From: a virus
Reading direction: 5' to 3' (one strand)
DNA: 62,152 nt
Virus record (IMG/VR): IMGVR_UViG_3300035684_000004
Span: 1-62,152 of that record
Shown: piece by piece, positions 28,199 to 36,449 of the stretch
Layout: the number at the start of each line of letters is the position of its first letter
Numbering within the stretch: position 1 is the stretch's first letter
The notes under the pieces: generated by a model
Told to the model about the DNA's origin: nothing
Databases searched by the model: none
Seen by the model: only the letters and a program-made list of their open reading frames with translations
Position numbers and translations under genes: made by a program

Positions 28199-28468
28199 CT
28201 ACTCCCGGCGTGTCGCCCGCGTCCACGCCTGCCACGTCGCGTCCTGGACGGCGTCCCACACCTCGGCGTGCAGGCCGCGCATCGGCGTGCCCGGCCGCCA
28301 CCCGAACCCGGTCAGGTAGTCGAACCGGAGCCGCTCGGTGAACCGCTGGAACTCGGCGGCTGGCCAGGGATCGCCGGGTCGGGGTCGGTGCTGACGCAGC
28401 CAGGCGTCGACGTCGGCGTCAACTGCTCCGGGGGAGTGTCCGGCCTGCCCGTCGGGGTGGCCGGGCAC
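28199..28468 (-). CDS. Hypothetical protein (89 aa)
   Basis: GTG 28468 lies 1 nt after the upstream stop, with GGGGGAG upstream. Confidence 0.5.
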   Translation of the reverse strand: MPGHPDGQAGHSPGAVDADVDAWLRQHRPRPGDPWPAAEFQRFTERLRFDYLTGFGWRPGTPMRGLHAEVWDAVQDATWQAWTRATRRE

Positions 28469-28469
28469 G

Positions 28470-28964
28470 TCACTCCCCCGGTGGGGCTGGGGGGTCGGCG
28501 TCACCACCGTCTCCCCCGTCGTCGCCGTCGTCGGTTTCTCCCCCGTCGTCACCCGGGTCAGTGTCCACGGGCGCCGGTGGGTTCCCGCAGCCTGGGGTGA
28601 CGGGCTGGCAGTCGGCGATCCGGGAGTTCACGATCTCGAACTGCCCGCGGACCACGTACCCGACCCCGACGATCGTCCCTACGAGCACCGCCGCGACGGA
28701 CGCGACCATGAGGGCGTACTCGACGGCGGACGCGCCCCGGTCCCGGACCCGGTCGGCGACGGGCTTCCTCGGCCGGGGGAGCCGCACGCGGACGCCGTCG
28801 TGCTCGACCTCGACACCCCGCGCGGTGCCCGGCAGGTACGGGCGCCGGCCGACGCGGCCGGTGCGGATCCAGTCGATCGCGGCGATCACGCCGAGAGACA
28901 TGACGATGACGGGGATGACGATCGCGAGGAGGCACACGATGCCGGCGAGCACAAGCCTGAGCAT
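28470..28964 (-). CDS. Membrane protein containing a Flp/Tad-type prepilin-like segment
   Basis: 164 aa. An N-terminal TM helix is followed by ADRVRDRG-ASAVEYALMVASVAAVLVG, which matches the Flp signature G/(A,S)xA(I,V)EY(A,G)L plus a hydrophobic helix. Acidic Asp/Gly tail. Confidence 0.6.
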   Translation of the reverse strand: MLRLVLAGIVCLLAIVIPVIVMSLGVIAAIDWIRTGRVGRRPYLPGTARGVEVEHDGVRVRLPRPRKPVADRVRDRGASAVEYALMVASVAAVLVGTIVGVGYVVRGQFEIVNSRIADCQPVTPGCGNPPAPVDTDPGDDGGETDDGDDGGDGGDADPPAPPGE

Positions 28965-29133
28965 GCGTCGGAGTGTGCCAGCGACTCACCCACCCGCCCA
29001 GGGCCAGCGGGCAGGACCCGCCGAACGGACGACCTCGACAACCTCGGCATACCCCCGTCATAAGTCCGCGGTAGGGCCCGACCCCTGACACGACTTCCTA
29101 CGTGCTCGGCGGGCTGGAACCCCCCAGGCGAGT

Positions 29134-29345
29134 TCAGCGGCCGAGGCGCGGGTTCCTCCGGGCGTCCGGGTGCCCGATGTGCCACGCGCGCTTCAAGCTG
29201 TCGTCCCTGCACTCCGTGTGCACTGGTACACGTTCATCGACTTCGCACCCATCCGTTGCCGGTACGCGATCGCGCCGGCCACCGCGGCCTCGCGCGACCA
29301 GTACGGCTTCTTCGCGCACCCCCGGTCCCGTCGCCGCTTCTTCAC
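29134..29345 (-). pseudogene. Small zinc-finger-type ORF interrupted by a -1 frame change near 29215
   Basis: Frame a (GTG 29345, GTGA overlap with the TerL stop) reads VKKRRRDRGCAKKPYWSREAAVAGAIAYRQRMGAKSMNVYQC, then stops. Frame b continues ECRDDSLKRAWHIGHPD to 29134. Confidence 0.45.
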
Positions 29346-30880
29346 CGCGTCCTCCCCCCACCCGACCACCGCTGCGACGACGGCCCGGTCGGGCGCCGCT
29401 CCTGCGACTTCTTCGACCGGTTCGCGGGGAACATCAGCCACCGCAACGCGTGCACCATCGCGTCGACCCGGTCCGGGGACGGCTCGTCCTTGTCGCCCGT
29501 CCACGTCGTCGCCTCGTCCTCGAGCTCCTCGAGCGGGTTCAGGATCGCGCCCGGCTGCGCCAGCGGATGCGAGCTGTCGGGCACGAGCCGGCCCGTGCCG
29601 TCGTCCACCATCGGGATCACCGGCAGGACGTGGTGCACGCGCGGGGGCTTCTGCTCGTACAGCAGCGCGATGGTCTGCGCGCGCAGCCACTTCGACTGGT
29701 TCGGCCCCGACGGAGTCACCCGCACGATCGGCGGCCGCGCGGGCGCGGGGTTCCCGATCCTGCGCTGGTGCTCCACGATCCGGATCCACGCGGCCTTGAG
29801 GATCGACTCGACCATCTCGCCGCCCACGTTGTCCTCGACGATGACGACGTCGACGTCCTGGTCGATGGCCTCCTGCCAGACGACTTCCGCCCACTCCTCC
29901 GGGGTGTACCGCCCGGACAGGTCGTTCAGGACGTACGCGTGGACGTCGCCGTCGAGGCCCACGGTGATGATCCCGGTGAGGTCGGAGACCTCCCCGGACG
30001 TCTTCGCGGGGTCCACGCCGATCGCCTTCACCTGCAGCCGCGGGACGGCGTCCGACCGGAGCCGGCCGTCGTCGATCCACGCCTGCTGCAGCATCGCGCC
30101 CTCGACGTCGGTGAGCAGCTCCCCGTGCAGCTCCTGCCGGCCCAGGCGGGTGCCCTCGTACCGGGCCTGCAGCACCGCCACCGCCGCCGGCGACAGGTTC
30201 GCGAGGTTGTCCGCGGTGTGCCCCCGCGTGACGTGCACCCGCATCCCCTCGGGGCCGTTCACCAGGTCCCGGACGTGCGGCAGGTTCTTCGGGGTCGTCG
30301 TGACGATGACGCGGGGGTCGGTGGCTTCGCGGAGGCAGAACCACAGCTGGTCGAACATGTCCTGCGCGACCTTCCGCGGCCACGCCGCGTACTCGTCGCA
30401 CCAGGCGCCGTCGAACGCGTACCCGCGGATCGCGTCGGGGTCCTCGGCGGAGAACGCCCGGATCATCGTGCCGTCGTCGAGGGTGATGAGCAGCGCCGGG
30501 CTCTTCTTGTAGCTGAACGTGCCGGGCTCGAACACGGCGAGCAGGCCAGCGGACCGGGCCTCGTAGCAGATGGCCTGCACCTCGCGGTGCGTCTTCGCGA
30601 TCACCGCGTAGTGCCCCGGGCCGAGGCCCGCGGCCTGCCGGGCACGGGACCACTTCTTGACCGTCTCCGCGCCGGTGCGGGTCTTCCCCCACCCCCGCCC
30701 GGCGATGATCGCCCACACGTCGTACGGCTCGGCCGGCTCGAGCTGGTCGGGCCGGGCGTGACGCTCCCAGTCGTACTCGCGGCGCTTCAGCTCAGCGATC
30801 AGCGCCCGGGACCGCCGGTACAGCTCGCGGTCGGTGAGGAGCTCGGGTGGCCGCCACGTCGGCGGCCGGTACGTCGTCAC
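29342..30880 (-). CDS. terL: Terminase large subunit
   Basis: 512 aa from GTG 30880. Walker A in AIIAGRGWGKTRTG. The C-terminal nuclease-type region includes IITVGLDGD and VIVEDN. Confidence 0.92.
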   Translation of the reverse strand: MTTYRPPTWRPPELLTDRELYRRSRALIAELKRREYDWERHARPDQLEPAEPYDVWAIIAGRGWGKTRTGAETVKKWSRARQAAGLGPGHYAVIAKTHREVQAICYEARSAGLLAVFEPGTFSYKKSPALLITLDDGTMIRAFSAEDPDAIRGYAFDGAWCDEYAAWPRKVAQDMFDQLWFCLREATDPRVIVTTTPKNLPHVRDLVNGPEGMRVHVTRGHTADNLANLSPAAVAVLQARYEGTRLGRQELHGELLTDVEGAMLQQAWIDDGRLRSDAVPRLQVKAIGVDPAKTSGEVSDLTGIITVGLDGDVHAYVLNDLSGRYTPEEWAEVVWQEAIDQDVDVVIVEDNVGGEMVESILKAAWIRIVEHQRRIGNPAPARPPIVRVTPSGPNQSKWLRAQTIALLYEQKPPRVHHVLPVIPMVDDGTGRLVPDSSHPLAQPGAILNPLEELEDEATTWTGDKDEPSPDRVDAMVHALRWLMFPANRSKKSQERRPTGPSSQRWSGGGRTR

Positions 30881-31044
30881 CAGAGCCACCGGTCCGGGGG
30901 CGCGTCGCGCCGGGACCCGGCCGAGCACGGCGGCCCACCCGCCTGCAGGTAGATCCCGGCGTCGCTCAGCATCCGTCGGCAGGTGCGGCAGTGCTTGAGC
31001 TGCCACCACCGCAGCCGGCGGCCGCACCACTCGCAGCGCTTCAT
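30877..31044 (-). CDS. Small zinc-ribbon ORF (55 aa)
   Basis: ATG 31044 overlaps the RHH stop (ATGA), and its TGA overlaps the TerL GTG. Peptide MKRCEWCGRRLRWWQLKHCRTCRRML (CxxC...CxxC). Below the ORF-track cut-off. Confidence 0.45.
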   Translation of the reverse strand: MKRCEWCGRRLRWWQLKHCRTCRRMLSDAGIYLQAGGPPCSAGSRRDAPPDRWLW

Positions 31045-31250
31045 GAGGGCCGCACCGGGTGGCGCTCGGCGTACTCCCGCAGCGCGGCCTTGATGACCTC
31101 GTGCCGGGTCGTTCCGAGCGCAGCCGCTCGCCGGTCGAGGTAGTCGACACCCGGGCGCCGTACGTCGATCTGCAGGGTCACGACCTCCTCCTCCGGGTTG
31201 CGCTGCTTGCGTGGTCTGCCTGACGGGCGGCCGGTCGGGCGGTAGGGCAT
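31041..31250 (-). CDS. Ribbon-helix-helix (CopG/Arc-like) DNA-binding protein
   Basis: 69 aa. TLQIDVRRPGVDYLDRRAAALGTTRHEVIKAALREY fits a beta strand followed by two helices. Confidence 0.6.
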   Translation of the reverse strand: MPYRPTGRPSGRPRKQRNPEEEVVTLQIDVRRPGVDYLDRRAAALGTTRHEVIKAALREYAERHPVRPS

Positions 31251-31287
31251 CCAGTCACGGTACCCGCGAAAGTCCTACCGGAAAGCC

Positions 31288-31854
31288 CTACTGGATCCGG
31301 CGTCCGATCTCGGTCTGCAGGCCCGCGAGGTGCTCCCGGATCTGCTCGTCCGACATCGCGCCCAGGTCGACGTCGTCCGCGGCGCCGCCGTCCACGTGCT
31401 CCACCCGCTCCGTGGACTCCCCGACCACCATCCGCTGCACCTTGATGCCTGCCTCGATGTACGCCAGCAGATCCCGCGCGTTCAGCTTGGACGGCTCGAG
31501 GTCCCGGAGGCGCTGCACGGCCTTCGCGACCAGCAGGTTCGCGACCGACAGGTGCTGCTCGGCCAGCTCGTACCGGCGGTCCCGCATCCGGGCCTCGTGG
31601 AGGCGGACCTGCTCGGCGTCCCACGCCTGCGACCGGCGGACCCACTGCCACTTCGCGGACAGCTGCATCAGGTACTGCTCGCTGACCTGACGCTCTCCCG
31701 CAACCTTCCTGAGCGTGCGTGCGCGGCCCATCCCGCGGTAGTGGTCGAAGTGGCCGTACGCCGCCGGGGGCTCGTCGGGCCAGCGGTCCCACTGCTCGAG
31801 GGTGGTGCCGTCGGGGTCGAGGCCGGCGAGCTCGTCGGTCGGTGTCGTGCTCAT
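31288..31854 (-). CDS. terS: Terminase small subunit
   Basis: 188 aa from ATG 31854. HTH-like RTLRKVAGERQVSEQYLMQLSAKW followed by a coiled coil. Upstream of TerL. Confidence 0.7.
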   Translation of the reverse strand: MSTTPTDELAGLDPDGTTLEQWDRWPDEPPAAYGHFDHYRGMGRARTLRKVAGERQVSEQYLMQLSAKWQWVRRSQAWDAEQVRLHEARMRDRRYELAEQHLSVANLLVAKAVQRLRDLEPSKLNARDLLAYIEAGIKVQRMVVGESTERVEHVDGGAADDVDLGAMSDEQIREHLAGLQTEIGRRIQ

Positions 31855-32108
31855 CGCTGGTCCTCGGGGATCAGGTCGAGGACCAGCAGCGGGTCGCTGA
31901 GGGGTCCGGTGTTCGCGCCCCACAGGTTGGCCTTGAGCTCGCTGATGCGGACGGCGAGCATCAGCCGGTGGTAGGCCATGCTGCCTTCGTCGCCGCCCAC
32001 TGCGAGTTCCCAGGCGACCTGGTGGCTCCGGGCGGCCTGGGTCAGGTAGCGGCGTTGCATGGCCTGCCGTGCATGCGGCGGGACGAATCGAGCCAGCAGG
32101 GTGCTCAC
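31851..32108 (-). CDS. Hypothetical protein (85 aa)
   Basis: GTG 32108 overlaps the upstream stop (GTGA). Confidence 0.55.
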   Translation of the reverse strand: MSTLLARFVPPHARQAMQRRYLTQAARSHQVAWELAVGGDEGSMAYHRLMLAVRISELKANLWGANTGPLSDPLLVLDLIPEDQR

Positions 32109-32524
32109 CGGGTAACGCTCGACAGGTAGAACATGTCGACGGGTGGGCCGGCGAGGCCTCCGCCGTCGGGGTGGGGGTCGTGCGCGAGCTGGCCGGTGGC
32201 GGCGTTCACGAGCACGGAGTGGAGCCAGGGACCGCGGCGTGAGGGGCCGGTCGCGATGACGTGCTCAGGCCAGGAGCCGGGGGCGTAGACGGGGAACTGC
32301 GGGTCGGCGTGGAGGATCTCGATGGCGCCGACCGACCACATGGCGATGTAGCTGCGCAGCGAGCCCCACCAGTCGTCGTGCTCGACGAAGTGCGGGACGT
32401 CGTGGAGGGACTGCTCCAGGAGCGACGCGACGCAGGCGCGGAGGCAGTCGCCGGGCCGTCCTTGGGCGTCGTGGCCGTTCGTGGAGCCGGGTGGGGGCAG
32501 GATCTCCTGCTGGACGGGGATCAC
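32105..32524 (-). CDS. Hypothetical protein (139 aa), possible Cys/His hydrolase fold
   Basis: GTG 32524 overlaps the upstream stop. GDCLRACVASLL, with downstream His/Asp residues. Confidence 0.55.
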   Translation of the reverse strand: MIPVQQEILPPPGSTNGHDAQGRPGDCLRACVASLLEQSLHDVPHFVEHDDWWGSLRSYIAMWSVGAIEILHADPQFPVYAPGSWPEHVIATGPSRRGPWLHSVLVNAATGQLAHDPHPDGGGLAGPPVDMFYLSSVTR

Positions 32525-33024
32525 TGCAGGTACCGGATGTCGGCAGCGATGGCCCGGCGTAGCCCCGCCTCGACCTGGTCCACGTCGAGGCCACTGCTGG
32601 GCGCGAGGTCCTCTGCGATGGCCCGGAGCCGGCCGTCGCGGGTGTCGAGCAGCTCGCGGGCCTGCTGGTCCCGGTACGCACGTCCGGACGGCGTCACGTT
32701 GTCGTTGAAGCGGATCCGGGCGCCGTGCTGGTGGGGCCAGGCGCGGCGCATGGCCTCGTCCTGGTGGGTGCGGAGGGCGTAGACGGTGCGCTCGCGGGCG
32801 GCGCGGAGCTGCTCGGCCTCGTCCTGCTGCCGGGCGAGGTCGGCCTGCCGGTCCTTGATGGCCTGGCAGGCAGCGTCGAGTTCGCGCTGTAAGACGGTGA
32901 CGCTGCTCGTGTCGACGCTGCCGTCTGCAGGGAGCCAGCGCTGCTCGTTGAGGTATCGGCGGGCGTCGCCGATCGGGTCCGGGTGATGGCCGCCGTCCCA
33001 CATCGCGGTGCTCGGTTCGGTCAC
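32521..33024 (-). CDS. Hypothetical coiled-coil protein (167 aa)
   Basis: GTG 33024 with AAGGGA upstream. Confidence 0.6.
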   Translation of the reverse strand: MTEPSTAMWDGGHHPDPIGDARRYLNEQRWLPADGSVDTSSVTVLQRELDAACQAIKDRQADLARQQDEAEQLRAARERTVYALRTHQDEAMRRAWPHQHGARIRFNDNVTPSGRAYRDQQARELLDTRDGRLRAIAEDLAPSSGLDVDQVEAGLRRAIAADIRYLQ

Positions 33025-33110
33025 GGTGTCGTCCCTTCTGGTGGTGCGTCCCGGGGTCAGGGTAGGCCGAGGGGTGTGCTGTTCGGTGGCACATCCGGGC
33101 GTGGACGTGG

Positions 33111-33153
33111 GAGCGCCCCGCACCTCTTCGGGCCGTAGAGGGCGGGGGCGCTC
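33111..33153 (-). terminator. Long GC-rich hairpin after 33168..34514
   Basis: GAGCGCCCCGC...GCGGGG(G)CGCTC arms with an inner CCTCT/AGAGG stem. Confidence 0.55.
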
Positions 33154-33167
33154 GGTCGTGGGCCGGG

Positions 33168-34514
33168 TCAGGTCGGGCCGGTGTACGTGCTCCGGACGTG
33201 GTCGAGCTCGTTGGCGAGGCGGTCGATCTCGGCGCGAGCCTCGGCGAGCCGGCGCTTGGCCTTGCGGTGCTTCCTCGCGAGGCGGTACCCGTCCCCGAGC
33301 AGCGAGTTCCGGTGCTTGCGCAGGTCGTGGTACGCGTCGTGGAACGTCCGGACCATGTCGGCGTCGCTGCCCGGCAGGCCCAGCAGGCTGTTGCAGCCCC
33401 CGTCGTCGCAGTTCCCGAACACGCCGCGGATCTCCATGAGGAGGTCGGCGGTCACGCCCGGCCGCTCGGTGGCCGGCTTCTCGGCCAGCGTGTCGACGAG
33501 CTCGCGGACCGCGAGGGCCAGGACGTCGACCGGCTCGTCGTTCCTGGTGCGAGCGACCTTCCCCGCGTCGAGCGCGGCGTGGAGGTGCCCGGCGGCGCGG
33601 GTGGAGCGGCCCCGGAGGTCGTCGGCATCCTGGTCGCGCTGCTCGGCGAGCTGTCGGTACTGGCCGACGAGGTTCGCGAGGTTCTCGACGACCGGGTCGT
33701 CGACGCTCCACGTCTGGCCGGCCTGCTCGGGGTGCAGGGCGTCGCGGACATCTCGGACGACATGAGCGAGCTGGTTCGCGTGGTTGAGGGTCGTCTCGCG
33801 GTACCGGACGAGCAGGTCGGGCAGGGTGGCGTCGATGTCGCGGGGCGGGTCGTCGAGGCCGAGCCAGCCGCGGACTAGGTAGATCAGCTCGTTGTGCTCG
33901 GCGGTGATCGCGGCCTGCTTCTCCCGCTGGCGTCGAAGCTGCCCGGTCGCGGCCAGGGCGAGTTCGGTCACGCTCTTCGGGCCGTCAATCAGGTCGGGGG
34001 ACACCATCCCGTCCAGCTCGGTCCAGAGCAGCGATCCGAGGTCCTGCAGTGCTTGGTCGCTGGTTGCGGCGGCGCGGCGCAGGTCGTTCAGGTCAGCGTT
34101 CGTGAGGGTGACGGTGCCGTTCCCGTTGTCGGTGGACGGGGTGGGGCCCCGGTAGGCGATCGCGTGCAGGAGGTGCCCGGGGACCAGGTGGTCGTGGCTG
34201 CCGCGTCCATCGGCGCAGGGTCGGCGGCCGGCGCTCGCGCAGTCGACGCCGGCGTCCAGGAGCGCCGGCGTGCAGTGCGCCCAGGTGTGCGGCTCGGCGG
34301 CCGCGGGCTTCTCGCTGGGCGGGGACAGGCGGTCCTCGTGGCGCTGCACCTGCCGGGCGAGCTCGGTCACGTCGCACGCGAGCTGGTACACCGGCAGCGC
34401 GAGCTGGTGGGCGGTTCCGGCGGTTCCGCGGTTGTGCTGCCTGCGCAGCTCGTGCGTGAGCTGGGCGAGGCTTCTGACGAGGTCTTGACCTTGGGGCTGC
34501 ATGTCGTCGGGCAT
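33168..34514 (-). CDS. Hypothetical protein (448 aa), helical
   Basis: ATG 34514 with CAGCGGAGGAG upstream. Confidence 0.75.
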   Translation of the reverse strand: MPDDMQPQGQDLVRSLAQLTHELRRQHNRGTAGTAHQLALPVYQLACDVTELARQVQRHEDRLSPPSEKPAAAEPHTWAHCTPALLDAGVDCASAGRRPCADGRGSHDHLVPGHLLHAIAYRGPTPSTDNGNGTVTLTNADLNDLRRAAATSDQALQDLGSLLWTELDGMVSPDLIDGPKSVTELALAATGQLRRQREKQAAITAEHNELIYLVRGWLGLDDPPRDIDATLPDLLVRYRETTLNHANQLAHVVRDVRDALHPEQAGQTWSVDDPVVENLANLVGQYRQLAEQRDQDADDLRGRSTRAAGHLHAALDAGKVARTRNDEPVDVLALAVRELVDTLAEKPATERPGVTADLLMEIRGVFGNCDDGGCNSLLGLPGSDADMVRTFHDAYHDLRKHRNSLLGDGYRLARKHRKAKRRLAEARAEIDRLANELDHVRSTYTGPT

Positions 34515-34550
34515 GGGACTCCTCCGCTGAGTCGGGTGGTGCTGGGTGGG

Positions 34551-34907
34551 TTACGCCGCCGCGGTCGCGGGGCGGTCGGTGGGGCCGGCTTCGAGCACGG
34601 CGCGCTCCGGGGCCGTGCCGAGGACGTACCGAGGGCTGCACCGCGCGATCGCTCGAGCCTCGGCCTGCGCGAGGGTCGCCGTGACACGTGCCGAGCGGGC
34701 GTGGTCGCCGGCGGCGCGGCGCGCCTTCTCCGCGGTGCCGAGGTGCCAGTGCCAGGCGGCGAGCGCCGGGTCCGGTGCGGGCACCGGCGGGTAGAGCCGG
34801 GCGAACGTGACGGCCGACAGGGCGGCGACGACGTCGGCGGTGAGCTGCCACGCGGCGCCGTCGAGCATCGCGTAGGCCTGGCCCTGCTCGTCGTACTCGA
34901 TGATCAC
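34551..34907 (-). CDS. Hypothetical protein (118 aa)
   Basis: GTG 34907 overlaps the upstream stop (GTGA). Confidence 0.6.
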   Translation of the reverse strand: MIIEYDEQGQAYAMLDGAAWQLTADVVAALSAVTFARLYPPVPAPDPALAAWHWHLGTAEKARRAAGDHARSARVTATLAQAEARAIARCSPRYVLGTAPERAVLEAGPTDRPATAAA

Positions 34908-35701
34908 TGGTCCCCCTGGGCGTTGAGGAAGCGGGTCACGCGGTGCTCGACCCGCTGCGGGACGCGGGCTTGGGCCTGAGCGTGCTCGTTCGCGGCCGCG
35001 AGGTCCAGCGTGCGGTCGTCGAGCACGGGCCCCTGCGTGACCTTCGGCCGGGTCGGGATCCGGGGGGCGCGTGCTCCGTGCTCGCGCAGGTGCGCGCGGG
35101 CGGCGCGGGCCTGCGTCCACGCGGCGACCTCGTCCGGGCTGGGGCCGGTCGTGCGGAGGCGGGTGGCGCCGGTGTCGGGGTTCTGCGGCGGGAGGTCCCT
35201 GGGGTCGGCGACGGCGCGGGGCGCGGCGGGCATGACCCGGGGCGGGCGCTGCGCCGGCGTCCACGCGGGCGGCGGGAGGTCGGCGGGGTCGCCGGTCGCG
35301 AACGCGAACTGCTCGGGGGTGAGGGCGTCGCCGGCGAGGTCCTCGGCGACGTCGAGCAGCTCCCCGACCGTGGGGCCGTCGTCAGCCAGCGCGTCCGGGT
35401 GGGCGTCGTCGAGCTCGGCGGCCGGCGGCAGGCCAGGGTGCTCGGCGGGCGGCTCAGGCTCGACCGGGGCGAACGGCAGGTCCGGGACGGGCTCGTCGTC
35501 GAACCGCTGCGGGCCGGGGCCGGGCTCCGGTGCCGGGTGGAGGGGCCGCTCCCCGGAAGGCGCCTGGGACGCTGTGAGGCCGTCTGTGGCGGGCGCGGGC
35601 CCGCAGGGCGGGTGGGTGGTGAGCCCGGTCCGCCGGGACCACTCAAGGTTCACGGGGAGCCCGCAGTGGCAGCGGAGGACGTCGACGAGGCGGCGGGTCA
35701 C
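34904..35701 (-). CDS. Hypothetical Pro-rich protein (265 aa)
   Basis: GTG 35701 overlaps the upstream stop. N-terminal CHC...C cluster. Confidence 0.6.
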   Translation of the reverse strand: MTRRLVDVLRCHCGLPVNLEWSRRTGLTTHPPCGPAPATDGLTASQAPSGERPLHPAPEPGPGPQRFDDEPVPDLPFAPVEPEPPAEHPGLPPAAELDDAHPDALADDGPTVGELLDVAEDLAGDALTPEQFAFATGDPADLPPPAWTPAQRPPRVMPAAPRAVADPRDLPPQNPDTGATRLRTTGPSPDEVAAWTQARAARAHLREHGARAPRIPTRPKVTQGPVLDDRTLDLAAANEHAQAQARVPQRVEHRVTRFLNAQGDQ

Positions 35702-35943
35702 GGCGCGCTCACCGGCCCGCTCGTGACGACGATCGACCCGTCGACGTGCGCGGCTGTCGCGCAGCCCTCCGGGACCAGCGAACCGACCAGGTCGAGCAGG
35801 GCGCGGTTCTCGGCCTCGAGGTCAGTGAGGCGCAGCAGCACCGGGCCGTCCTTGGTCAGCCAGCCGGCGCGGACGAGGATCGGGAACTCGACGACGTCCC
35901 CACCGGCCGGGCGGCCGGTGGGGAACTGCAGCACGTCACCCAT
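35698..35943 (-). CDS. Hypothetical protein (81 aa)
   Basis: ATG 35943 lies 5 nt after the upstream stop. Confidence 0.55.
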   Translation of the reverse strand: MGDVLQFPTGRPAGGDVVEFPILVRAGWLTKDGPVLLRLTDLEAENRALLDLVGSLVPEGCATAAHVDGSIVVTSGPVSAP

Positions 35944-35948
35944 CGTCG

Positions 35949-36335
35949 TCACGCCGGGTTCCGGACGGCGTTCAGCCGGATCGCGGCCGGCCACACCCGC
36001 ATCCCGGACCGGCGGCCGCGGACGTCGTGCGCGGGGTCGGTCTGCGGGCGCACGATCCGCGTGCGGGGCTGGGCGTCGTCGTCGGCCTGCTGGTCGCTGC
36101 GGGTGTCGTCGTACAGCACGATGGATGACCCGTGCAGGTGGGACGTGAAGCGGCGGGCGGTGCCGGCGATCGTCCACGTGGGGCCGTCCCAGCGGAGGAC
36201 GACGGCGCTGGTGCAGCCGCCGGTGACGAGCGCGACCGCGCGCTGCGCGGCGTCGACGTGGTCGCTGGCCTTGATGGTCTTCACGCCGCGCTGGCGGGCG
36301 GTCACGACCTGGACCTCGAAGCGTGCCTGGCTCAT
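35949..36335 (-). CDS. Hypothetical protein (128 aa)
   Basis: ATG 36335 with GGAGG upstream. Confidence 0.65.
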   Translation of the reverse strand: MSQARFEVQVVTARQRGVKTIKASDHVDAAQRAVALVTGGCTSAVVLRWDGPTWTIAGTARRFTSHLHGSSIVLYDDTRSDQQADDDAQPRTRIVRPQTDPAHDVRGRRSGMRVWPAAIRLNAVRNPA

Positions 36336-36395
36336 GGCCTGGCCTCCGTTCACTGCTCGGGTGCGGGGTGTGCTGTTGAGTCACCCACCCCCCGA

Positions 36396-36426
36396 CCTTC
36401 CGTCCGGTGCCAGCCGGAACGGAAGG
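36396..36426 (-). terminator. Hairpin after the DUF932-like gene
   Basis: CCTTCCGTCCGG / CCGGAACGGAAGG arms (one bulge). Confidence 0.5.
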
Positions 36427-36449
36427 CCGGGGAGCGGGGATGGGCCGAA

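Noticed and set aside
29193-30716. Same-strand alternative-frame ORFs inside TerL (507 aa) and inside the portal gene (26177..27394, 405 aa).
   Set aside because: They are Arg-rich nonsense frames that overlap motif-bearing genes entirely. Only the last ~50 codons of 29193..30716 look genuine, and these are treated separately as the small zinc-finger ORF.
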